From the IMG/VR virus record IMGVR_UViG_3300031788_000016, positions 1 through 59,440 of that record: a stretch of DNA of 59,440 nt, one strand, 5' to 3'. Source of the stretch: a virus. Lineage: Duplodnaviria; Caudoviricetes. Below are positions 28,519 to 36,900 of this stretch, piece by piece (positions within the stretch are counted from its first letter, which is position 1; each line of letters opens with the position of its first letter). The translations under genes were made by a program, and so were the position numbers. The notes under the pieces are model-generated. The model was not told the origin of the DNA, did no database searches, and worked only from the letters and a program-made list of their open reading frames with translations.

Positions 28519-29517
28519 ATGGCCGTCGTTTCGGACTCACAGGAAGTAAGGGAGATCCCCGGGATCCCTCTGAACCAATATCTGAACGTCGACGAGAAGC
28601 TGGTTCTCGCCCGATTGTTCAAAGGACGGCTGGTCGCCAAAGTGAAACGGAAGCAGGGCCAGGATCTGAAGGCCGCTGTGGAAATGATCGCTGATGGTCC
28701 TGACATCAGCGAGTCTGTCGCGAACGAACTGCGCTATGCGGTGGAGGATATCTGTGAAGACACGCTGCATGTGCGTGGTGTGGTGTTGCCGCGGCATGCG
28801 TACCTGCTCCAAGTTGTCAAAGCAGGGATCATGCTGAACGCTGCGAAACTGGTCGGGCTGGCGTCGCTCTATTGCAATACTGTTGGAGCGGCTCTCCGGT
28901 ATTCCCCGAAGATCGCAGAAGATGATGGTGCCGCAATCAAGAGCGGCATGGACACGGCAGTCTCGTTGGAGGACTGGGTCCGTATCATCGAGTTCATTGG
29001 TGAAGTGGCTGCGGCGAAGCTCCTGGTGAAGAGGGAGACTTCGGACTCGCCGTGGACGCTGCACCCCGGCCTCACCTGGGATCTGAATGCGATCGATGTC
29101 TATGTCATCAAGGCCCTCGAAGGGGGCGTGCGACATGGGGAACTCGATCGGGCGTCTATCAAGACGCATACGATCATCGAGAAAGTCAACGAGGGTTTGG
29201 CCTTCGACTTCGACCATGCGAAGGGCAAGCCCACCCGCCCTTTTGCTGAAGCGGTCGAGGAACTTCTTGAGCACTTGCGAGAGCGAGTGACTCGAAATCT
29301 CGATGCCCGAGGCATCGAGAAGGTCCTCGACCGCATCGCCGTACAGACGGAAGACCGTCTGGCCGATTTCCTCCGCGGAGACCGCGGAGGAAATCGGTGC
29401 ATTCGTGCTGTGCCTTGGGGGTGTAGCGAGGTTGCCGCGACGGACTTCTACGATCCTTCCTATCAGGAAGATCTGATGCTGCGTCCGACGCGTCGTCGCC
29501 ACAAACACGTCGACTGA
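28519..29517 (+). CDS. Hypothetical protein
   Basis: ATG 28519 with SD AAGGAG; 332 aa. Confidence 0.8.
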   Translation: MAVVSDSQEVREIPGIPLNQYLNVDEKLVLARLFKGRLVAKVKRKQGQDLKAAVEMIADGPDISESVANELRYAVEDICEDTLHVRGVVLPRHAYLLQVVKAGIMLNAAKLVGLASLYCNTVGAALRYSPKIAEDDGAAIKSGMDTAVSLEDWVRIIEFIGEVAAAKLLVKRETSDSPWTLHPGLTWDLNAIDVYVIKALEGGVRHGELDRASIKTHTIIEKVNEGLAFDFDHAKGKPTRPFAEAVEELLEHLRERVTRNLDARGIEKVLDRIAVQTEDRLADFLRGDRGGNRCIRAVPWGCSEVAATDFYDPSYQEDLMLRPTRRRHKHVD

Positions 29518-29527
29518 ACAAACGGAC

Positions 29528-29558
29528 TCCCGGGGCCGTGTGGCCCCGGGATGTCTTT
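29528..29558 (+). terminator. Terminator-like hairpin
   Basis: TCCCGGGGCC-GTGT-GGCCCCGGGA plus TGTCTTT. Confidence 0.6.
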
Positions 29559-29562
29559 GTAT

Positions 29563-29635
29563 GGACCTCTAGCTCAGCTGGTAGAGCGGCCGGACTTAAA
29601 GCCGGGAGGCACTGGTTCGATTCCAGTGGGGTCCA
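29563..29635 (+). tRNA. Atypical tRNA, 8-nt anticodon loop ACTTAAAG (TTA or TAA reading), no encoded CCA
   Basis: Acceptor GGACCTC/GGGGTCC, D-arm GCTC/GAGC, T-arm ACTGG-TTCGATT-CCAGT; anticodon stem only CCGG/CCGG. Confidence 0.75.
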
Positions 29636-29659
29636 CAACCATCAACCAACGGAGGATTC

Positions 29660-30010
29660 ATGCTCATCGCAGGACTCACACCAGAAGAATTAAAAGCGAA
29701 AGTCAACGCCGCCATAGAGTCATTCTATGACGGGCTCCGGGAAGCCTTTTCGCTTCCAAGACCGGAGTGCCTCGCATATCTCAACGAACTCGAAAATGCG
29801 TGGCGCGGCACCAAAGGACTCGCCGGATTCGACATCTTCATCGAAATGCTGCAGACCCTATCCCTCGCTGTCAAAACGAATGATCCGAGAGCGAACGGAT
29901 TCTTCAACCTCGCAGGGGCAACGACGAAGAGAATCCAATCCGAATATCGACGCTGTTTCGGACTGCCGAAATCCTACGTCGCCAAGAGCCGAAAAGCCGG
30001 CAACGGATAG
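29660..30010 (+). CDS. Hypothetical protein
   Basis: SD GGAGG. Confidence 0.8.
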   Translation: MLIAGLTPEELKAKVNAAIESFYDGLREAFSLPRPECLAYLNELENAWRGTKGLAGFDIFIEMLQTLSLAVKTNDPRANGFFNLAGATTKRIQSEYRRCFGLPKSYVAKSRKAGNG

Positions 30011-30018
30011 TTCTGATC

Positions 30019-30051
30019 GCCCGGGGGACGGTACACCCCGGGCTTTCATTT
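30019..30051 (+). terminator. Intrinsic terminator
   Basis: GCCCGGGG...CCCCGGGC plus TTTCATTT. Confidence 0.7.
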
Positions 30052-30116
30052 ACACCTTCAAGGGATCCCATGCCAACAAGGACATTGCGCTTGAACACCT
30101 CCACATGTTCGCCTAG

Positions 30117-30623
30117 CTACGTACCGAGTTTTCTTTCGCGATACGCAATATGCGCGAGTCTGTTGCCTTCACGGCAAACGTCACACCGGCATTTGTAATA
30201 GCTATACGCGTTCTTGGTCCCATGCACCAACCCAGTTTTAGGTGTGCTTTGCCCGGTGTGACCGTTTTCCTTCTTCCACTTTTTCATATATTCGTTCTTG
30301 GCCGCGCGGCAGATCTCGCAATGGCAATACCGGTAGGATGAAAGCGTACCGTGTGTGCCTTTTGCGGTTGTTTGTTCTTGCGTAGTCTTCTCTCTATGGT
30401 GTGAATAGCACAGCAATTGGCATTTCTTTAATTCCGCTACGAGCACGACCCAGCGGCTTCCGCACATATGGCTAACGTCGAATTCTTTCATTTCTGGGTC
30501 TACGTGATCGATCTGAAGACGATCGCTCGATCCACACTTCACACACCGACCGCCTAGATGGTCGATGATTCTGTTCATTCGCTTGACGTATCCTGCTCTT
30601 GCCTTCTCTTTTGAAATCTTCAT
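30117..30623 (-). CDS. HNH endonuclease with two HGT-x-Y-x-CxCxxC Zn motifs
   Basis: CVKCGSSDRLQIDHVDP...KCQLLCYSHH; low GC; leaderless promoter TTGATT-N16-TATCAT-N6-ATG. Confidence 0.9.
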   Translation of the reverse strand: MKISKEKARAGYVKRMNRIIDHLGGRCVKCGSSDRLQIDHVDPEMKEFDVSHMCGSRWVVLVAELKKCQLLCYSHHREKTTQEQTTAKGTHGTLSSYRYCHCEICRAAKNEYMKKWKKENGHTGQSTPKTGLVHGTKNAYSYYKCRCDVCREGNRLAHIAYRERKLGT

Positions 30624-30665
30624 GCTCCCATGATACGGAAGCTGCTCTACTAATCAAGCTAAACC

Positions 30666-30739
30666 GCCCCTATACCTCAATGGTCGAGGACCTGTTTCGT
30701 AAACAGGCTATGTGGGTTCGATTCCCACTGGGGGCTCCA
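30666..30739 (+). tRNA. tRNA-Thr(CGT)
   Basis: Canonical cloverleaf; CCTGT-TT CGT AA-ACAGG; encoded CCA. Confidence 0.92.
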
Positions 30740-30759
30740 CCCCAAACGAGAAAGAAAGT

Positions 30760-31200
30760 ATGCCGAATCCATTCGAACATCCGCACTGGGAGCCGGACGA
30801 CGGACACAAACTCATCGCATTCGGAATGATGGACGACATCGTCGAGTTCCTGAAAAACGACAATGATCCGAAGATGCTGGAGCACATTCCTCCGGCCGTC
30901 CAAAAAGCCGCCAAGCTGGTGGCCCATGGAATCGAACAGGGCCATTCCGCTGACTGCGGCCACTGCATGGTCGGCCACCTCGTCTGGAACGCATTCGAGG
31001 TGTTCTGCGAACGCATCCGCCCAGGCGGATGGGATGATGAAGACGTGAACGCGGCGACGCTCTTGGTGAAGCTGATACTCAAGCTCACCAAGGAAGAACC
31101 CGCCAACCCGTGCGATGTCACCATCGTCCGTTCCTATTTCAAAGCTGGCACAGATCTGGGTCCGATCGCGGACTACAACCCGGAGCCGTGCCCGAACTAG
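30760..31200 (+). CDS. Hypothetical protein
   Basis: ATG 30760; HSADCGHC motif; TAG stop. Confidence 0.75.
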   Translation: MPNPFEHPHWEPDDGHKLIAFGMMDDIVEFLKNDNDPKMLEHIPPAVQKAAKLVAHGIEQGHSADCGHCMVGHLVWNAFEVFCERIRPGGWDDEDVNAATLLVKLILKLTKEEPANPCDVTIVRSYFKAGTDLGPIADYNPEPCPN

Positions 31201-31239
31201 CCTTCAGCCTCTTTAACAATCCAAACCCACGGAGTATTC

Positions 31240-31893
31240 ATGTCTCTTCCCGACACCTACAAAGGTCTTCTCGGATGTCGCACCGAACCAATGGACATCA
31301 AACTCACCGAACTGTTCATGAAGCTGTTCATGGCGGAGATGGACCCGGCCTTCGAGGCCGCGGTGATGAAAGAGAAGGAAGCCGGACGGCTGCCCGATGG
31401 GGCGAAGATCCTGCTCGGCCGACTCAACTGGTACGGCATCAGACCGAACATGGCACTGACGCTGCTGATCACCGGTATCTGCGATTCGCCCGGCAAGGTC
31501 ATCACCTGGGCCTTCACCTTGGCGATGATCGCCAAGAAGTACAACGTCCCGGTGCTGAAGATTTCGCTGCTCACCAACTGCTTCCCCGATGGATTTCCGG
31601 TCGCGTCGGAATATGAACGCATCTGGCAGGAGCAGAAGATCGGTGGCGGCAACCAACTCGACGATGGTGGCAACTGGCCCGACTTCAATTGGTACGACGT
31701 CTGGGAGGACATCACCGTCCAGGAATTCGCCACCATTCTTCGGCGAGATCATCGGGTGGTGATCGAGGTGCTCATGCAGATGGGCATCGTGGCTGATCCG
31801 GCTTTCAAGATGAAGACGGATCACATCAATCAGTTCCGCGATCTGTGGAAGAAGAAGATCCAGATCAATCCGAAAAAGGACAAAGCAGCATGA
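31240..31893 (+). CDS. Hypothetical protein with C-terminal IF2_N-like domain
   Basis: ITVQEFATILRRDHRVVIEVLMQMGI resembles the IF2 N-domain pattern. Confidence 0.6.
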   Translation: MSLPDTYKGLLGCRTEPMDIKLTELFMKLFMAEMDPAFEAAVMKEKEAGRLPDGAKILLGRLNWYGIRPNMALTLLITGICDSPGKVITWAFTLAMIAKKYNVPVLKISLLTNCFPDGFPVASEYERIWQEQKIGGGNQLDDGGNWPDFNWYDVWEDITVQEFATILRRDHRVVIEVLMQMGIVADPAFKMKTDHINQFRDLWKKKIQINPKKDKAA

Positions 31894-31904
31894 GCAGACC
31901 GGAC

Positions 31905-31938
31905 ACCCGGCCGAAAGGCCGGGTTGTTTTTCTTTTTA
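31905..31938 (+). terminator. Intrinsic terminator ending the plus-strand region
   Basis: ACCCGGCC-GAAA-GGCCGGGT plus T-run. Confidence 0.85.
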
Positions 31939-31951
31939 CTTCCAGCGTGAA

Positions 31952-31986
31952 ACGAAAAACCCAGGCCTACCGCCTGGGTTTTTCGT
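31952..31986 (-). terminator. Terminator of the minus-strand RNA operon (bidirectional shape)
   Basis: Perfect 15-bp stem ACGAAAAACCCAGGC/GCCTGGGTTTTTCGT. Confidence 0.85.
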
Positions 31987-31994
31987 AGTGAGGT

Positions 31995-32234
31995 TCACCG
32001 CCAGCCAGGATCAGGCTTTAGGCCGTCTTCTGGCAAATGTCCGGCAGATGGACGTCGAACCCATTCCCTCTCGAAAGAGGGTATCGCCGCTGGCACGGTC
32101 ATTTTGACATCGCACCAGTTCGAAGCCGCCGGTTACCTCCTTGAGTCCTCCGTGAGAGGCTCGGCAGACGTTGCCCTGGCCGGGGCGCGGTCCACAGAAG
32201 CAAGGATTGGCGAGATCTTAGTGTGGCGGGGTGA
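31995..32234 (-). ncRNA. Unidentified ~240-nt structured RNA with a tRNA-like subdomain
   Basis: 5' and 3' ends pair; 7-bp acceptor-like stem stacked on a T-arm; lies between tRNA-Asn and a terminator. Confidence 0.55.
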
Positions 32235-32244
32235 CTTGACAAGA

Positions 32245-32319
32245 TGGCTCCCAGAGAGGGATTCGAACCCACGACCAACGTGTTAACAGCACGCTGCTCT
32301 CCCACTGAGCTACCCGGGA
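32245..32319 (-). tRNA. tRNA-Asn(GTT)
   Basis: Cloverleaf with loop CT GTT AA, G73 and CCA. Confidence 0.9.
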
Positions 32320-32359
32320 ATGTTTCATCTGGGAGAGACGTCTCTCCCAGACGAGATGA

Positions 32360-32444
32360 TGGTGCGGGCCGAGGGAGTCGAACCCTCTTGGGCGTAGCCG
32401 CCAGGATTACAATCTGGCCCGGAGCCGAGCCGGTCTTTGCCCGC
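32360..32444 (-). tRNA. tRNA-Tyr(GTA)-like, type II, atypical D-arm
   Basis: Acceptor GCGGGC/GCCCGC, loop TT GTA AT, variable arm GGC-TAC-GCC, T-arm GAGGG-TTCGACT-CCCTC, ACCA. Confidence 0.75.
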
Positions 32445-32547
32445 AAAACGAAAAAGCCCGGTCTTTCGACCGGGCTTTTGAAGAGAAGAATGCCTAGAAG
32501 TCCAGGCATAGATCACCCAATCGCCCGGTCTCCCGTGCGATTGTAGC
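32445..32547 (-). promoter_or_regulatory. Attenuator-like leader: TACAAT -10 box, antiterminator segment and intrinsic terminator ahead of the tRNAs
   Basis: Terminator AAAAGCCCGGTC-GAAA-GACCGGGCTTTTT; upstream duplicate GACCGGGC at 32523-32530. Confidence 0.5.
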
Positions 32548-32610
32548 GATAACCAGCGGCCTGAAGCGACATCGGCATGGCCGTACTCTGGCGGTGCTCT
32601 CCGAAAAGTC

Positions 32611-32642
32611 AAAACGAAAACGCAGGCCTCGCGGCCTGCGTT
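32611..32642 (-). terminator. Intrinsic terminator after the IPT/TIG gene
   Basis: AACGCAGGCC-GCGA-GGCCTGCG-TTTTCGTTTT. Confidence 0.8.
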
Positions 32643-32668
32643 GTCGTCGTACTCCGGGAGAAGAAGGC

Positions 32669-33865
32669 TCAGGTGTAGGTGAAGGCCGCGGCGGCGGTGG
32701 CGACCGAACCGCCCGTGCCGGGGTTGGTGACCGCGACCGCGACCGCGCCGGCCGCGCCCGCCGGCACCGTGGCCGTCAGCTGCGTCGAGTTGACGAAGAC
32801 CACCGCGGTGGCCGGGTTGCCGCCCACGGTGACCGTGGCACCCGGCTTGAAGTTCGTGCCGTTGATGGTGATCGAGGTGCCGCCCAGGTGGCTGCCGGTG
32901 GCGGGGATGATCGGCGTGGTGATCGTCGCCGCGGTGACGGTGAGCGCCGCCGCTGCGGTGACGGTGCCGGCGCCGCTGCCGGGGTTGGTGACGACGATCG
33001 CCTTGGCGCCGGCCGAGAGGACAGGCACGGTGCAGGTGATTTCGGTGGGGCTGACCACGACCACGTCGCCGGCCGCGACACCGCCGATGGTGACGCCCGC
33101 GCCGACCACGAAGTCGGTGCCGATGATGGTGACCGAGCCACCGGCGAGATCGACGGTGCTCGGGGTGACCGAGACGAAGGTGGGGGCGACATAGGTGAAG
33201 GCCGCGGCCAGGGTGCCGCTGTACCCGACGCTGTTCTGGACGACGACGGCATAGGGGCCGCCGGCCGCCGCCGCAGGCGCCATGGCGGTGATGGTGTGGG
33301 CGTTGACCCAGGTGACGTTGGTGGCCGCGATGCCGTTGACGGTGACGGTCGCGCCCGGCGCGAAGTCGATGCCCGTGATGGTGAGGAGGGTGCCGGCGAG
33401 ATCGCCCTGGCTGGGCGAGACGCTGACGACGGTGGGGACATCGGTGCTGGGCGTCGGCTCGTAGAGGATCACGCCATTGCCGGTCGCCTGTTCGATCGAG
33501 ACCCAGAAGCGGATGCGCTGAGAGGCGCTGACATCGGTGAGATCGACGTCGATGGAGTCGCTGGCGTTGATGAGCCCGACCTGATCGAGCACGACCGGCG
33601 AGGCGGTCAGGTTCTTGATGCGGACCTTGCCCCAGAGCAGATTGGGCGAGGTGTAGGAGATGACGCCAGCCGCCACCGCGCGCTCGATCGCGTTCCAGCG
33701 GCGCTGCTTGCGCCACTCGGTGTTGATGCCGCTGGCCGAGGTCAGGTCGATCACCGTGGTGCCCGGCGCCAGCGGCGGCAGGTTGTCGACATAGACCGGC
33801 GATGCGCCGGCATTGTGGACGGAGACCGAGGTCGGCAGATCGGGGATCGGGTAGGTGACGGGCAT
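32669..33865 (-). CDS. Virion surface protein with three IPT/TIG (Ig-like) domains
   Basis: Three repeats of P-x-G-x3-GG-x-ITI-x-GT(D/N)F...VTV-x-G...VVV-x-N...FTY. Confidence 0.85.
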   Translation of the reverse strand: MPVTYPIPDLPTSVSVHNAGASPVYVDNLPPLAPGTTVIDLTSASGINTEWRKQRRWNAIERAVAAGVISYTSPNLLWGKVRIKNLTASPVVLDQVGLINASDSIDVDLTDVSASQRIRFWVSIEQATGNGVILYEPTPSTDVPTVVSVSPSQGDLAGTLLTITGIDFAPGATVTVNGIAATNVTWVNAHTITAMAPAAAAGGPYAVVVQNSVGYSGTLAAAFTYVAPTFVSVTPSTVDLAGGSVTIIGTDFVVGAGVTIGGVAAGDVVVVSPTEITCTVPVLSAGAKAIVVTNPGSGAGTVTAAAALTVTAATITTPIIPATGSHLGGTSITINGTNFKPGATVTVGGNPATAVVFVNSTQLTATVPAGAAGAVAVAVTNPGTGGSVATAAAAFTYT

Positions 33866-33915
33866 GGCAATGGGCTCCGGTTACGGCTGGAGTGTAAAAG
33901 GGCTGGAAAGAAAGG

Positions 33916-36900
33916 CTAGGCCACTTCCGAGGGCATGGGCCGCTCGAAGGCGTCATCGACGATCTGATTCTGGCGGAACTTCGCACCGTAGGCGAGGCCC
34001 GCGATCGGGCTGGCATTACCCGTGAGATCGCTCGACCCGGACTGAGACGCGACGTCGCGCACGCTGTCATCGAGACGTTGGAAATTCAACCGCGAGAGGA
34101 GGTCTTTCGATTCGAGCGGCTTGTAGCCGAGACCGAGCAGCACCGGCTTCGCGGTGATCTTCGGATTGCGCATGTGGCGCAGATTGAATTCGTTCTCGTG
34201 CATCACGTCGCCGATGGCGAGATCCGGCTCGCCGCCATCGTCGGTGATCTCGACGGTGCGCATCATGCCGGCGGCGATCACTTCGATCACCGGCTTGCGC
34301 ACGACTGCGCCGGCGTCTGCGTAGCTCTTGCGGATCTGATTGACGACGTACTTCTGCGCCGCCAGCGCGCCTTGCGAGGCCGCGATCTCGCGCGGATCGA
34401 AATTGCCCGTCGAGATGGGCTGGCCGATGTCCACCATCTGATCGTGCTTCACGATGACATCACGGCCCTGCAGGATGTGGTGCTCGACCGGTTCCTGGTC
34501 CGGCGCCTGGATGTAGACGAAGCTGCCGCCCTGCGGCGCCGCGCGGATGTCGGTGACGCGGCCGGTGACCGTGGCGAGGCCGCCCTGGTTCTTGATGGTG
34601 CTCGGCACCGCGAGCAGTTCGTGCAGGCGTTGGAAGCCGGCGCTCAGGCTGTCGCCAGAGCCCACCGTGCCGCCGGAGTGGAAGCTCTTCAGCATCAGCT
34701 GAGTGGATCGCTCAGACACGGTCTGACCGTAGTTGTAGCCGATGTTGGATCCAAGCGGATGCAGCTGTCCGTTCGCATCACGTCCCGCGCACATCTGACA
34801 GGGAACATGAACGGCGGCACAGGTGAGCGGGGAGCGGACGCGCACAATTTCCATTCCGGCGTCGCGCATCTTTGCCAGGATCTCAGGCGTGACGGGGTCA
34901 TTCCGCTTCGCAATTCCAGGCACATCTTCAAGAAGATGGCGATCAAGAAGATCGACATCTGGTTCAGAGAGTTGTTCGTCGAGGCCGTTGTGGGTTCCAC
35001 AGTCGCGCTCCATGATGCGGATATCGCCCATGTTACCGGCGATCTCCTTGGCGAGGAAGCCCGGCATGGCGACGGAGAGGCCCTTGGCCACCATTCCCTT
35101 ACGCGCGCCGGGCGTGACCATGATGTAGTCGCTCGGGCGCATGCCCATGGCATAGCTGGAGCGGATGACGCCGGGCACGATCTGGTCGTGCACGTCGGTC
35201 ACCATGACCGGCGAGGCGAGCATCTGCTTCAGCTGATCGAGCTTCTTGTTCGAGCCGCTCTCGATGAAGCTGTGGTAGCCGAGGTCGATCTTGCCGAGGT
35301 GGTCTTTCACCTCGTCGATCAGCTGGCTGTCGTACTTCTTCGAGAGGCCGTAGAGCGCCTCCTGATCCTTCGGATCGGTATTGGCGACGTCTTTGTCCAG
35401 TTGCTTGAGCAGCCGGTCGATCTTGGTGCGGTCCACCACGAGTTCTTTGATCGAGGCGGTGATGCCGCCCGCCGCAGCCGCGGCGCTGAACCCCGCGGAA
35501 GCGATTTTCCGGGAAAGATTGTTGTAGTCGGCGGGCGACTTCTCGGCGATCGTCGTCAAAATCTTTTCGAGCTTCTTGCCGTCGATGGGAGCCGAGACGC
35601 CCATCATGAAACGAGCCGGCACGATCTCTTCGAAGATCAGCCAACCGATCGCCACCTGAGTGGGCTGTCCCTTGATCTTGACGAGGCTGCCCATCTGCAG
35701 GCTCGAATCTTTGTTGCTGCGGTAGGCGTCGATCGCATCGTCCGCAGAATCGAAGGTCTTGCCAGTCGGCGTGCCGGGTTTGGTCAGCGCGAAGATGCCC
35801 GAGATGACGTCTTTCGAAACGCCGAACGCGAGGCTCTTGTCTTTGTCATAGAGCAGATTGTTCGTCGGCAGCAGCTTCACCGCTTCGCGCTTGGCGTCAT
35901 CGGTGATCGGCACGAACACCGACATGGTGTCGCCATCGTAGTCGGCGTTGAACGGGCCGACGACGAGCGGGCTGATGCGGACTTCCTTGCCCTCGCTGAT
36001 GCGCGGCTTCGCCGCGAGGATGCTCCAGCGGTGCAGCGACGGCGCGCGGTTGTAGAGGACGAGGCGGTCCTTCATCTCGGCATCGAGATTCTGGCGCGCG
36101 GCCATGGTGCGCTTCTCGACGTGATCCATCGCCTCGGCAGGCTTCCAGCCGCCCTTCGACATGCGGCGGACGACGATGGGCTTGAACAGCTTCCACGCCA
36201 TGTCTTCCGGGATGGCGATCTCGTCAGGGCCGAGAGAAGCGTCGGGCTCGATGGTGGATCGACCGCTGTAGTCGTTGCGGTGGGCGACGACCATGCGCTG
36301 GAACAGGCCCTCTTTGTTGAGCTTGCCCTTGATGACGTCGATGAAGCCCGACGCGTCTTCGCGATCGTCGCGATGCGTCAGCGGATTGTTCACGCCGATG
36401 AGCGCACCGAACGAGGTGTAGAGGTTGTTGCGCGCCGCCTTCATGTGCTCTTCGGGCAGATGCGCGGCCTTGGCGTCCTTCAGCGCGTCATTGGTCAGGA
36501 CGAGGTCGCGGTAGAGGAGATTGCTGTCGGCGATGCGCAGCGACTTGTCGCCCATCTCGATGATGGGGCGGTACTTCGGCGGCACGACTGGCACTACATT
36601 CGTCATGTAGGCGTCGAAAGGCGACAATTTTGACAGCTTGAGGCCACGCAGGTACTTCGTGGCCCGGCTGTATTTGTTCGCGTCGCTGCCCACGGCGGTG
36701 TGGAGCTTCGCTTTGAAATCGTCGAGCTTCTTGTCCACGTCGAAGTCGAGGATCTTCTTGAAGCCGGCCTCGCCCGTCAGCGTGTGCGCGTTCGGCGTCT
36801 CGACGAACTTCCCGGTGCGCGGGTCGTAATGCCGCGTGTGCATGATGAGGCCGTAATAGTCGGCCGTCTTCATCCCCGTCATGTCGCGGATGGTCTTCTC

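Noticed and set aside
28380-28520. Possible frameshift joining ORF 28127 to the DEVEMWNKLIAAK frame
   Set aside because: No slippery heptamer; cannot be distinguished from a separate small ORF or an indel.
32041-32140. tmRNA (GGCTTCGAA and a T-arm resemble its tRNA-like domain)
   Set aside because: No G3-U70 Ala acceptor, no CCA and no tag-coding region.
32099-32546. ORFs 32099-32509 and 32244-32546 as proteins
   Set aside because: They run across tRNA genes; at most the first codons act as a leader peptide.
33865-33918. Readthrough of the RNAP amber stop fusing to the IPT/TIG gene
   Set aside because: The 50-nt gap is out of frame.
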